Shown piece by piece: positions 30,429-41,397 of a DNA stretch of 64,000 nucleotides. Positions within the stretch are counted from its first letter, which is position 1, and each line of letters begins with the position of its first letter. The notes beneath the pieces are model-generated. The model ran no database searches. It was given only the letters and a program-made list of their open reading frames with translations, and was not told the origin of the DNA. The DNA is from an uncultured Actinomycetes bacterium (GTDB taxonomy: Bacteria; Actinomycetota; Geothermincolia; Fen-727; JACVIW01): the NCBI GenBank assembly GCA_937127245.1, contig CAKZLU010000017.1, positions 3,452 to 67,451 on the forward strand. The letters are read 5' to 3'. A program made the translations under genes and the position numbers.

Positions 30429-30887
30429 ATGAGCGAAGAGGCAAAGATCTGGGGTATTGAAACCAAAATGCAGGAAGAAGAATTTAAAAGAATCATCTGC
30501 GAGCGTGTCACCGATGCACCCTTTTACAAACACATGGGTTTTTCTGTGATTGGACTCGGTCCCGGCGAGGCGCACTTGAAAATGAAAGCAAACCCTCGTG
30601 TATGCGATGAGTCAGGCGCGGTCGAAAGAGGAGCGATTGCGGCTTTGGCGGATGCTGCATCCGGCGTTTCTGCGGCGACCGTTTTCCCCAAATCCTCTAA
30701 GCGGGTGGTCACGGTTGAGCAAAAAGTGACTTTCATGGCGCCTGTAAGCGGAGGTGAACTGGTCGCGATCGGCAAAGTTCTTTTCTCAGACGAAAATATC
30801 GTCGTATCCGAGGCAGTTGTAAGAGATCGCGAGGGGAAAATTGCCGCAAAGAGCCTTGCCACTTTCACCGTTGTGTCAAGGAAATAA
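30429..30887 (+). CDS. PaaI-family hotdog-fold thioesterase
   Basis: 152 aa with a hotdog thioesterase layout (HMGFSVIGLGPGEAHLKM...GAIAALADAASG...VAIGKVL). Confidence 0.75.
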   Translation: MSEEAKIWGIETKMQEEEFKRIICERVTDAPFYKHMGFSVIGLGPGEAHLKMKANPRVCDESGAVERGAIAALADAASGVSAATVFPKSSKRVVTVEQKVTFMAPVSGGELVAIGKVLFSDENIVVSEAVVRDREGKIAAKSLATFTVVSRK

Positions 30888-31053
30888 CATTTACCTGACA
30901 GACAAGCCACGCTTCGCTAAACGCATCGAACTTATCTCACTCGAGGCAAAAGCTAACGCGAGAAATGGTCAGAAAAGTCCCGCTTTCCCGAACGCATCGA
31001 AAATGCCGAAGATGCATTTAAACGAAGCCTTTCTGCTCTGGTTTGAGAATGAG

Positions 31054-32084
31054 TCAACCTGATGGAGGGACCCTGTAGAATACGCCCTTCTTCGTTTGTT
31101 CGGCAACAATCTTCTTTTCCTCAATGAGACGTGAAAGAACCTTCATAACCTCCAGCTCGCTTGCTTCGGCAATCTTAGCTATTTCAAATAGCCTGCAAGG
31201 TCTGATCCTTAGAACACCCAGGATTTTTTCCTCGTCAATAACACCGATGTGCCCACCGCGAGAATCGGGTTCGCTTTCCGTGAGCACCTCCGCTCTCACC
31301 CCGTGCTCACGGAAAAATTCGGCAATCTCAGAAAGCCTTTCTTCCCCTGACGATTTTGCGTAACCCTCTGAAGCTGGTCTTAAGACCGTGTTCAAGTGGA
31401 CGATATCGGGTGCTATGTCCCGGACAAGCGCGGCGATTTTTCGATACTTTCATCCCCCGAGTTAATGCGGTCAATGACCATGATCTCAAGCCATAAACGA
31501 CCCTTGTAGCAGGACGAAAACCGCATAATGCCTTCAACCATTTTCTTGAAATCTATTTCGCGGCAAGGCCTGTTTACCTTCTCAAACATCCGCTCATCAC
31601 CGGCGTCAAGCAATGGGAACACCAGGTCAGCCATCATGCACGCTTGAGCGACTAGTTGTTCCCACAAAAGCGATCCGTTCGTCAGCACCGCCACAGGTAT
31701 TTCCGTGATTTCCTTGATGCCTGATATCACAGCCGAAATTTCGCTGTTCAATGTTGGCTCGCCCGAACCCGCGACAGTTATGTAGTCGATACGACTTCCT
31801 TCGGCTTGCCTAAAGAAGAAGGCTTCGAGGCCAGAGATAACTTCGTCCGCGCTTATGTAAGGGGCTATGCGGGCGGTCTTCACGGTCGTCCTCCCGAGTT
31901 GGCAGTATATACAGTCGTAATCGCAGGTTTTCATCGGGATAATATCAACGCCGAGGGAAGCGCCCAGTCTGCGCGAGAAAATCGGACCGTATATGAGCTT
32001 TTTCACCGATTCGTAAGGCGTTGTCATTATCATTCCTCCGCGGTTGTCCTCAAATTTACTGAACGGAAAACCACGTTTGGGCAA
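31054..32084 (-). pseudogene. radical SAM protein with a C-terminal winged-helix-like region, split by a frameshift near 31400
   Basis: ORF 31413-32084 has a CDYDCIYC (CxxxCxxC) radical SAM core and a GSGEPTL glycine-rich motif, and ends abruptly. The adjacent ORF 31054-31395 in another frame supplies a plausible C-terminal domain. Combined length is about 336 aa. Confidence 0.5.
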
Positions 32085-32206
32085 CCCCGAGAGAGGCTCA
32101 AAAGCTTGGATTAACTCTCATGAAAATCCATGACTTAGACCCGCTGTCAGTATGCGCATTCTTGACGGGTACTCCTTTTAACAATAAATACAGGGCGCGA
32201 GGCCGA

Positions 32207-32960
32207 CTACTTAAGGTCATGCTCGATGATACTCTTTCCAACACTCGCCTCAATGAAAGCCTCGCCGTAAGCCCCCTTAAACAAGCCAATCGTTAAATCA
32301 CCATTGCAGTGACACGGCGCAACTCTTTCAACACCGAGCGCCTTGAGGCGACCAATTATTCCTCTTATCTCTTTTGGGCTTGCCCCACCCAAATGAAAGC
32401 CCCCGAGCAACAAAGCAACCTTGCGTCTAGAAATGTTTAAAGCTTCCTCAACCATTCTTAACACGCCCGGATGAGCGCAGCCGGTTATTATGACCATACG
32501 CAAACGGTGCTCGATGAGAAGAGCCTGCTCTCCGGTTTGTCCCGCGTACTTGGTTCCAATCTCTCAGGTTGACCAAACCCACTCGCATATCGAACAAGCT
32601 CGCGATACCTCTATGAGATTTGCTCAGGCTTTCAGCACCTGACTTCCTAAAGCGGAACCGTAGGAGGCAGGAGCATAAACGTCGATACGTGGGTTTGATT
32701 TGAGGATCCCTGGAACACCCCCATCATGGTCACCGTGATTATGCGAGAACACCAACGCATCTATTGAACCGGGCTCGATTCTAAAAAGCCACATGTTGTC
32801 TGAAAGAACCGAGAAATCAGGCCCGTATCGAATAGAATCCTCTTCCCACTCACGCAAACAAGACAGGAGAATCCTCATGAGGGTTTCAATCCCGCGGCAA
32901 AGACCCTGTTGTCGTAGATGACCGTAATTTTCAGGTCATTTTTAGCATTTCTATCCTCGA
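32207..32960 (-). pseudogene. MBL-fold metallo-hydrolase (COG1237-like), split over three frames
   Basis: N-terminal fragment LKITVIYDNRVFAAGL (within ORF 32875-33210), middle fragment with HNHGDHDGG (32624-32878), C-terminal fragment with GCAHPGVL (32207-32503). Confidence 0.5.
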
Positions 32961-33134
32961 GCATCTCCCTCGAGTCGATTTCAGGTGTTGTAGGAGTTTG
33001 GGTCTTTCTTGCACCGCAACCCAATCTCGCTGGGGCAATCTCAATGAGCGGCGCAAAAAGGGCAATGAAGATAACCTTTGATCTGCGCTTTGACGTAGGT
33101 CTCCGGTAAGGGTTCCACCGGGAGTGGAGATTGA

Positions 33135-33563
33135 TCACTTCCCTGTCCTTCTTCTTCTCTCCACCATAACGCAAATGTCGTGAAGAACTTTTATGCCGTG
33201 TTCCTTGCAAAATGAGATAGCCTCCTCGGACTCCGCTCCGGGCTGCATCCAGGCTTTATCCACACCGAGCGCCGGAAGACGTTTAACAAGCTTTGAGGTA
33301 ACATCAGGAGGGCACACGAATTCGACCACTTCGGGTTCCTCGGGGAGCGAATCCAGATCGGGGTAACATTTTTCACCGAATATATCGGGATACATCGGGT
33401 TCACCGGATAAACGATGTAACCGCCCTGTTTCAAGTCTTCATATACCTTATACCCGTATTTCTCTTTGTTGGTGGAAACGCCCACCACCGCAAAGACTCT
33501 GCTACGGAGGAACTCATCAATCAGACCTGAAGAAAAAGTCTCGTCTGTCATATCGTCGCTCAT
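33135..33563 (-). CDS. CoA-binding domain protein (COG1832-like)
   Basis: Sequence is FAVVGVSTNKEKYGYKVYEDLKQGGYIVYPVNP with a C-terminal GVDKAWMQPGAESEE segment. Confidence 0.75.
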   Translation of the reverse strand: MSDDMTDETFSSGLIDEFLRSRVFAVVGVSTNKEKYGYKVYEDLKQGGYIVYPVNPMYPDIFGEKCYPDLDSLPEEPEVVEFVCPPDVTSKLVKRLPALGVDKAWMQPGAESEEAISFCKEHGIKVLHDICVMVERRRRTGK

Positions 33564-33981
33564 ACAAGTACCCTCTACTCTTCGTCACCCGATCGTTCCT
33601 TAAGTCTGCCGTAATAAGATTTCGCTGTGTATAATACCGCCGCGGGATTGTGACCGGTAACACGGTCCTTTGCGACCAAAACAGTTGTAAAGCCTTCTTT
33701 GAACTTGAAGAAAAGAGAATCGTGACCCACGTAAAGTCCGATTAAAACGTTTAAATCACAGCCCTCTTTGTTTAAGATCAGCCCTGTGCTATCGGATTAC
33801 AGTATGATTCGTTCGTTTTTGGCAATACTTTTTCGCAGTCCCGTATCTCGAAGCTTTCCTTGGGCTCTCCCCCAACTTCACAGCAGACCGATACCACCTC
33901 AAAACCTCTGCTTTTTGCAATCCCCGCAAAGACCCTCGCTTCATTTTCGAATGATTGGGGTTACCCTTGCAGCTGAAATCT

Positions 33982-36900
33982 TCAGTCGCTGTAACCGCCA
34001 ATCGTCGCCGTGCCCATGAACATCCCGTACCCCTGAATGAGCGCGTACATCGCGCGTTCAACCATTATCTTCTTCCCCGCTGTCTTCGAACTCACCATCA
34101 CGGAGGCGCGACCGTCCTGTATGACGTCCGCCATAAAATAGGTTTTTCTCGAGTTCGCCGGCACCGTGTCGGTTATCGATTTTTCCCCGGAACCGTCCTC
34201 GGGTAGATACGTTACCTCGACCGCAACCTCTTGATCATTCGGGTTCTGAACGAGAGTCCAGGTTTGAACCTCGCCCATCAGACCAGCCTCGGGATGCATG
34301 CCCGCTTCTCCATCGGGAAGATAGAAAGTCTTATGCGCGGCAGAAAGACCGATAGAATCGTGGCACTTCTCCCCGAAAATAGTCCCCTCCCCCCAGTACA
34401 TGGCGCGTTCGGCTATTATCGGTCGGTCGCCCGTCACTTTCGTTGAGAAGTCCCTTGGTGGAAGATAGTCATTGACCCTGATTGTTTTTCTCGAGTTGGG
34501 CGGCATGAGAATGGGGCTTTCAGGGTGAGTTATCGGACCCTCGTTCGTCATGTAGGTGAGGACCACGCTCGTAGGCTCGCTGTTTGGGTTTTGTACCAGA
34601 ACATACGTTGTGAAACCCCAGGCGGTCGTCCCCTCAGCAAGGTAATAGTTCAAGGAGGGAGAGGTTGTGCCCACCGAGTCATGTCCGCTTTTTCGATTGT
34701 TTCTATACATTGCCCTCTCGGGGATAACGGGTAAATTCGAGCTAACTTTTATTGAGGCGTCTTTTGCACCTATGTGCTCGGCCATGTTGAAAGTTGCGCG
34801 AGAGTTTGCCGGCACAGAAACCTTCACGCTTGAGGGACCTTCGTTCTCAATCATGTAGGTTATATCGCAGCTTGCCGTACTGCTGTTCGGATTCTGGATA
34901 AGAAGCCAGCACTCGAAGCCCCAGGCTGTGGAGCCCTCCGGCAGATACCAGGTTTTAGCCGGAGAGGTCACGCCTATTGAGGAGTGAGCGTCCCCTATGT
35001 CCTCCTCCAAACCCCAGAACATCGTCCTGTCAACCGCGATTGTTTTCCCCTCAAGGCACTCGACCTTTGTGGAGAAATCTTCCTCTCCCAGATCCTCCCA
35101 TGGGAAGATTGTGGCTTGGCTCATCGGAGCCATCCTGAAATCGGGCTTAACAACCGGACCGCTTTTCGTCTGATATGTCATGCGAATCGTAACTTCCGTG
35201 GAGTTCGGGTTCGCGATAGATATATAAGTCTCGAAGCCCCAGTCGGTGGAACCCTCCGCCAGATACCATGTGGATAGCGGATTCTTTTGAACGACCGTAA
35301 AGCTCTTTGAATTTGATTTTCCACCCGCGGTAGTGACCGTCACAGCAACTTTTCCAGAAACGCCGGTCGGAACTTTCACCTTCAAGCGGTTGTTCGCCCA
35401 TGAGAGATAACTTGACACCCTCTTTGTGCCGAAGCTCACATATGAGGAGCCCCTCGTAGAACCAAATCCGGACCCGTATATGGTGACATTGGCACCCGCG
35501 CTTCCGCTACTTGGCGACAAAGATGAAATGACCGGTTTTGGCAGAGCGGTAATTTTTTTAAGGGCAGCATATGCATTTATCCGCCCGTAACCGAAATAAT
35601 CATCCCGACCGGACGCCCCTAAATCTTTCGCTGTGCTTTCAAGCGTTTGCTGAACTTTCAAGGGCGTAAGGGAGGGTTTTTCAGATAAAAGCAGGGCTGC
35701 GCTGCCCGCCGCCATGGGAGAAGCCATGGATGTGCCATCCATAAAAGAGTAATTCTGAGTATATCCGAGAGCATTCAGGCTCGCGCTGTAGGTGGGCATC
35801 GCGGAATAGATGTCCTTGCCGGGCGCCGAGATGTCCACGCTCGAGTTGTATGTCGAGAAGACAGCCCTCTCGTCCCTGTTCGTGGTAGCGCCAACCCCAA
35901 TCACATTCGAATAGCCCGCCGGATACATGAGCGTGGAGTCCGAGGTGTTGCCCGCCGAAGCGAATATCGCAGCACCTTTGCCGTAAGCATAAGTGATTGC
36001 GTTCTGGACAAGCGAAGAGTGGGATTCGCTCTGCAAACTCATGTTTATGACGTCAGCACCGTTATCCGCGGCATAGTAAATGGCATCAATTATGTGGGAC
36101 GCATAAGCTCCGCCGCTTGAGTCAGTGACTTTCAGGGGCATAACCCTGACTTTCAAACCAGGCGCAACGCCCACAACCCCCTGGGCGTTCTCAGAGGCAG
36201 CCACTATTCCAGCGCAGTGCGTTCCGTGCGCGTTATTGTCATGGGGATAGAAGTAAGGGTTTGTCCTGAAGTAAAAGTCTTTAGCGTAGAGGGAGGTCCA
36301 TCCAGACCCCGTCCACTGCCACGCCTCTCCCTCGTGATAAGTATGCCACGTACCTTCTTCCGTTCCCCAGTTGTCGTAGATACGGTAGTAATCTGAGGCG
36401 CTCGCCTGACTTGTCCAGAAGATAAGGTAGTAAGGAAGTCCCGCGTCAAGGTTAAGTGGTGTCGATAGTGCTTTGTAGATTTCGGTGATCCCTGTTGAGG
36501 AAATCTCTGAATAATCTATCACGTACGATGAAAGGTCCGATCCGGTAAGTGAGGTGCGGACGACAACATTTATCGGTAAAGTGGGGTTTCCTATCTTCCT
36601 CAAGGCTATTCCAACGTGGGTAAGCCTCTGTTTATGTCCCGGGGTAGCCCGAGCCGTAAACGATTGGGCAAACATCTGCTGAGTAATACTGGTGCCGAAA
36701 TTTTCATACGAGTTCACCCATGCGCTTCCGTTCCAGTACGTGCAGTTGTACTGGGAGATACCCGCCCAGTTATACCCGTTCCTATCGTCAACAAAACCGT
36801 TCCCATCATCATCCAACCCATTCCCCGCAGTTTCGTCTGAGTTCACCCAGATTCTCGAGGAAAGATCGGGATGGGAAAAATCAATGCCGGAATCGATGAC

Positions 36901-37425
36901 GGCGACCGTGACATCGTTGGAGGTTCCTTTTTCGATATCCCAGGCATCAGGCGCATCAATGTCGGCATCCGCAACCCCAACAGACCCCCCTATTACTTGA
37001 CCGGTGTTATGCAACCCCCACTGCTTTGGAAAATCAGGGTCAGTCGGAGTGTGAGCAATCTTGTATATGAAGTTGGGCTCGGCATACTCGATCATGTGGC
37101 TGGAGGAAAGTTCTTGAACCGCTTTTTCAACACTCACGCCGGGTTTAAGTTTCAAAACCTCAATATCCTTTTTGTCGCGTGGACCTATCTTTCCTAAAAC
37201 GGATGCGCCAGCCTCTGATTTAATCTCGTCGGCTGAGGATTTCCTTATACCTTCTTTAAACTTCACAAGTACCTCGCCAGGCTTATAGACGCATAAAGGC
37301 GTGCCGGGCATCAGACCGCTGGCCTTAGCCAAAAGTTTGCCCGGTGAGGAAGTGGCATGAGAAGTTAACGGAAAACCAAGTGTAATTAGATGAAGCAAAA
37401 TAAGAATGCATAATAAACGTTTCAT
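33982..37425 (-). CDS. secreted S8 family subtilisin-like serine protease with PA-like insert, TIG domain and 4 C-terminal YLAEGST...NPN repeats
   Basis: ATG at 37425 with a GGAGG RBS and signal peptide MKRLLCILILLHLITLG. Propeptide, catalytic triad segments VAVIDSGID / HGTHCAGIVAA / GTSMASPMAAG, an IPT/TIG-like segment (VISSLSPSSGSAGANVTIYGSGFG), then four ~110-aa repeats beginning (W/Y)YL(A/P)EG. Confidence 0.9.
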   Translation of the reverse strand: MKRLLCILILLHLITLGFPLTSHATSSPGKLLAKASGLMPGTPLCVYKPGEVLVKFKEGIRKSSADEIKSEAGASVLGKIGPRDKKDIEVLKLKPGVSVEKAVQELSSSHMIEYAEPNFIYKIAHTPTDPDFPKQWGLHNTGQVIGGSVGVADADIDAPDAWDIEKGTSNDVTVAVIDSGIDFSHPDLSSRIWVNSDETAGNGLDDDGNGFVDDRNGYNWAGISQYNCTYWNGSAWVNSYENFGTSITQQMFAQSFTARATPGHKQRLTHVGIALRKIGNPTLPINVVVRTSLTGSDLSSYVIDYSEISSTGITEIYKALSTPLNLDAGLPYYLIFWTSQASASDYYRIYDNWGTEEGTWHTYHEGEAWQWTGSGWTSLYAKDFYFRTNPYFYPHDNNAHGTHCAGIVAASENAQGVVGVAPGLKVRVMPLKVTDSSGGAYASHIIDAIYYAADNGADVINMSLQSESHSSLVQNAITYAYGKGAAIFASAGNTSDSTLMYPAGYSNVIGVGATTNRDERAVFSTYNSSVDISAPGKDIYSAMPTYSASLNALGYTQNYSFMDGTSMASPMAAGSAALLLSEKPSLTPLKVQQTLESTAKDLGASGRDDYFGYGRINAYAALKKITALPKPVISSLSPSSGSAGANVTIYGSGFGSTRGSSYVSFGTKRVSSYLSWANNRLKVKVPTGVSGKVAVTVTTAGGKSNSKSFTVVQKNPLSTWYLAEGSTDWGFETYISIANPNSTEVTIRMTYQTKSGPVVKPDFRMAPMSQATIFPWEDLGEEDFSTKVECLEGKTIAVDRTMFWGLEEDIGDAHSSIGVTSPAKTWYLPEGSTAWGFECWLLIQNPNSSTASCDITYMIENEGPSSVKVSVPANSRATFNMAEHIGAKDASIKVSSNLPVIPERAMYRNNRKSGHDSVGTTSPSLNYYLAEGTTAWGFTTYVLVQNPNSEPTSVVLTYMTNEGPITHPESPILMPPNSRKTIRVNDYLPPRDFSTKVTGDRPIIAERAMYWGEGTIFGEKCHDSIGLSAAHKTFYLPDGEAGMHPEAGLMGEVQTWTLVQNPNDQEVAVEVTYLPEDGSGEKSITDTVPANSRKTYFMADVIQDGRASVMVSSKTAGKKIMVERAMYALIQGYGMFMGTATIGGYSD

Positions 37426-37752
37426 TTTTCCTCCGTAAAAATTAGCTAGCTCGATAAACTTTCCCACAAAATCTAGATTCTGTCATTTTTAAAACATTTG
37501 TGTCGAACATCGACAGACCTGTTTTCGAGCTTGACCATGATCCAAGAGTCATTCGAGGGTTTGAGAGATTCCCGTGTCGAGAATTCTCGCATCACCCGAA
37601 AGAGTGATTTTGTTAATCCAAAATCTCCGTGTTAGAATAAAAAGGTTGCAAAAGAAAGATGCGACAACGAAGAAAGTCTTTAAGAAATATTTTCTAAAAC
37701 TCCTCTTCGTTTCCCTATCTTTTACGCGTCAGACCTCATTTGACGACAACTT

Positions 37753-40269
37753 GTGTATTTAAAAGAGTGCGTTTTTGCATTAGGAAAGGAGAAAAGGAAA
37801 ATGAAAAAAACAATCAAATCAGTATCTCTGCTTTTGGCACTTCTTATGCTTGTTCTGTGCGCTTTCATCCCTGGTTTGGCTGCCGAAAATGAAAGCTCCA
37901 CAAGCGTTCTTGAGAAAGGCACAGCTCGCTTAGACCCCGCCCAAGAACCAATAGCCCTCAACACAGGAGAGGTGATAGTCAAATTCGAGGAGGGTGTAAC
38001 AAAAGACCGCATGTCAGGGATATGCTCTGGCGCGGGGGCATCCTCCATATTGAAAAGAATCGGACCGGAAACTTAGAGAACGTATCTTTTAAAGTTGAAA
38101 CCGGAAGTGAGTTTGAGCAGCGCCATTGAATCCCTTAACGCAAGTGACGGGGTGGCGTTTGCCGAACCAAATTACTTAAGGAAATTATTGTACACTCCTT
38201 CGGATCCTGATTTCCCAATACAATGGGGTCTTCATAACACCGGGCAAACCATTGGGGGTGTTCCGGGAACCCCTGATGCTGATATCGATGCTCCAGAGGC
38301 ATGGGATGTTGAAAAGGGAAGCAACTCCACTGTATATGTTGCCGTGATCGATTCAGGAATTGATCTTAACCACCCCGACCTTGACGGAAGGATCCGCGTG
38401 AACACCTACGAAATCCCAGGGAACAACAAGGATGATGAAGGTAACGGATATGTTGATGACGTAAACGGGTACAACTTTGCCGGGATTTCACAGTACAGAT
38501 ACTATTATTACGTTGGAAGTACTATATACTATACGTTCTGGTACTTTGGTCGCTATACAATAACGCAGATGCTCGCCCAGTCTTTCACCGCGCGCGCGAG
38601 CAGCGGTCACAAGCAAAAGCTCACGCACCTGGGCATTATGCTCAGCAAAATCGGAAATCCAACGTCCACTATAACGGTTTCAGTCCGTTCTTCTCTTTCC
38701 GGTTCTGACCTCGCATCCTTTACCATCTCCCCTGGTGAGGTAATAAGCAGGGAGGTCTACAAGAGATTTTCCAAAGAACTCTACCTAACACCCGGGAGCA
38801 CTTACTACTTCGTTTTCCGTACCGACAGCGTTGACTCCTCGAACTACTATCATCTAGGCCATAATGCAGGCAGTGTTTCAGAAAATTACCACACCTACCA
38901 CGAGGGGACTGAATGGCAGTGGAACGGCTCAGACTGGGTTGAATGGCCCAAAGACGACTTCTACTTCAGGACAAATCCTTACTTCTATCCCCATGACAAC
39001 AACGGTCACGGAACGCACTGCGCAGGGATAATAGCCGCGGAGAATAACAATGCGGGTTGTGTTGGCGTGACACTTGGCAACAACGTGAAGATCATGCCCA
39101 TAAAAGTCGGTGACTCGAGCGGCTGGCTGAGAGATGACCATATTTTGGAGTCGATTTATTATGCCGCCGATAACGGCGCGAAAGTCATAAGCATGAGCTT
39201 TGGTGGTTCGGTGTATTCAAGCGCAGAACAGGATGCTGTCAATTACGCCTACAACAAGGGAGCAATTCTTTTTGCCTCCGCCGGAAATTCCGGTGATTCC
39301 ACCATGCGATACCCCGCAGGTTACGCGAACGTTGTAGGGGTCGGTGCGACAACCAACAAAGACGAGAAAGTAACATTCTCAACGTACAACTCGAGCGTTG
39401 ATTTATCAGCACCCGGAAAGGACGTCTATTCAACAATGCCGACATACCCGGTTTGCGGAAATGATTTAGGCTACACGCAGAATTACTCATACATGTCCGG
39501 GACCTCCATGGCTTGTCCGATGGCAGCCGGGCTTGCCGCGCTTATACGCTCAAGGAACCGCTCCTGGACGGCGGCTCAAGTTCAAACTGCAATGCAGAAC
39601 AACGCCGATGACCTTGGGACACCGGGCAGGGATGACTACTTCGGTTACGGGAGGATAAACGCCAAAAGGACGATCGACACCGTTCCCCTTCTGCCCGTCC
39701 CGGCAATCTCAACCATAAACCCCACAATGGGATACGTGCGCTCAGAGGTAACAATATCAGGAAAGAATTTTGGATCGACCCGCGGAAGCTCTTACGTAAA
39801 GTTCGGGACAAAGAAGGTCACAGCCTATGTATCCTGGAGCTCCACGAAAATCAAGGTGAAAGTTCCTGACGGTGTCTCGGGAGAAGTGCCTGTGAAAGTA
39901 TATACACTCGCTGGAGGGTCCAACTCAAAAGTCTTCAGCGTGAAACCAAAGATAAATGCGATATCACCGATTTCGGGTTCCATCGGCTCCTACGTGACGA
40001 TCTCCGGAAGGGGATACGGCTCTCTGAGAGGTACCTCATATGTGACATTTGGAAGCAAGAGGGTATCAACTTACTCAAGCTGGACTGATACAAAACTAAA
40101 AGTGAAGGTACCCTCAGGAATTCCAAAGGGTAAGACAACCACAAAGGTGACAACATCGGGAGGGGAAAAACCTCAAAGCAATAATGGAAAAGATGTGAGC
40201 CATGGAATTACAACTGAAGATGCTATAGCGGAGCATAACCCGCATAAGCAATCCACGAAACATATGTGA
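37753..40269 (+). pseudogene. S8 subtilase paralog with an in-frame TAG (38074-38076) in the propeptide; catalytic domain plus two TIG domains
   Basis: ORF 37753-38076 encodes the signal peptide (MKKTIKSVSLLLALLMLVLCAFIPGLAA) and propeptide (GEVIVKFEEG). It is in the same frame as ORF 38095-40269 (DSGIDLNHPD, HGTHCAGIIAAE, GTSMACPMAAG, two TIG-like domains), separated by a single TAG. Homologous position in the paralog: GKIGPRDKKDIEVLKLKPGVS. Confidence 0.6.
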
Positions 40270-40311
40270 AAGCCTTGAAGCGCGAAGCCAGCGAAAAAAG
40301 AAGAGGCAGAC

Positions 40312-41397
40312 TCACTCCCACCGAAAGAAGCGCACAGAAGCAGCGAAACAGACAACGAGCATCCCCACAAGAACGAGTATATCCTGCCATACCGCCCCAA
40401 GGCCCTTGCCCCTTATAATCACCTCTCGGAGCGCATCCCCCAAATAATAAAGGGGCAGAACCTTTGCGACAGCCGCGAGGGGCCTGGGGAGCATCGCGAG
40501 CGGAAAATAGACACCGGCCAGGAACATCATGGGGAAGTTGATAGCCGCAGCAGCTGTCTCTGCGGTTTTGGCAGAGCCTGAAACCGAACTGACCAGAAAA
40601 CCGAGCGACAGAAAAGCCACCGAGCCGAGGGTGATTATGAACGCGATATTAAGAAGGTTCCCGTTAACCTGGATGCGAAAGACAAGCCAGCCCAATAAAA
40701 GAAGGATGAAAGACTGCAAAAGCGATATCAAAAGCGCCGCAAAAAGTTCCCCTGAGAGAAAGTGCGCGAGGGGAATCGGCGTAACTTTTATTCTTCTCAA
40801 TATTCCCTTCTCGCGATAGATAACGAGACTTATCGCCAAGCCCATCAGTGCCGACTGCATAATTGTTATCGCGATTATTCCCGGCACTATGAAATCGAGA
40901 TACTTCAGTTCCTTGGATTCGACAGACATCTGCTTAAGCACTACCTCTTCTTTTAAACCCCGCATTCTTCCCACGACATCCACAAGCACCTGCCTGACCG
41001 TGTTCAAAGCAACTTGCGTCAAAGTTGGATTTGACCGGTCAAGATATATTTGTGCCGATGCCGCATTGCCCAGTCGCACAGAATCTTCAAACCCCTTACT
41101 TATTACCAGCACGGCATTAAGGCGAGCATCCCGAAGCTGCTTGAGAAGCTCGTTTTTGCCCCCTTTTTTGACCGTGAAAACATCTATATCCTCAAAGACT
41201 CCTACGACAATCCTTGAGACTTGGCTCTTGTCGAGATCAACAATCCCGAGATTCATGTTAACCTCTCCACTCTTTCCAAAGATGGAACCAATAATTAGCA
41301 TGAGCGCTATCGGAAACATGAACATCCAGAAAAGCGCGACTTTATCGCGCAAAGTCATTTTCAAACTTGCCCCAACTACCCCGATAAGTCTTTTCAT
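40312..41397 (-). CDS. ABC-2 type transporter permease
   Basis: About 360 aa with an N-terminal TM helix, a large periplasmic loop and C-terminal TM helices. Start MKRLIGVV overlaps the ATPase stop (ATGA). Confidence 0.8.
   Translation of the reverse strand: MKRLIGVVGASLKMTLRDKVALFWMFMFPIALMLIIGSIFGKSGEVNMNLGIVDLDKSQVSRIVVGVFEDIDVFTVKKGGKNELLKQLRDARLNAVLVISKGFEDSVRLGNAASAQIYLDRSNPTLTQVALNTVRQVLVDVVGRMRGLKEEVVLKQMSVESKELKYLDFIVPGIIAITIMQSALMGLAISLVIYREKGILRRIKVTPIPLAHFLSGELFAALLISLLQSFILLLLGWLVFRIQVNGNLLNIAFIITLGSVAFLSLGFLVSSVSGSAKTAETAAAAINFPMMFLAGVYFPLAMLPRPLAAVAKVLPLYYLGDALREVIIRGKGLGAVWQDILVLVGMLVVCFAASVRFFRWE

Noticed and set aside
38074-38076. In-frame TAG read as evidence of a reassigned genetic code (for example Pyl)
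   Set aside because: All other long ORFs terminate normally under the standard code, and in-frame TAGs are not seen elsewhere. A single nonsense mutation or a sequencing error is far more parsimonious.
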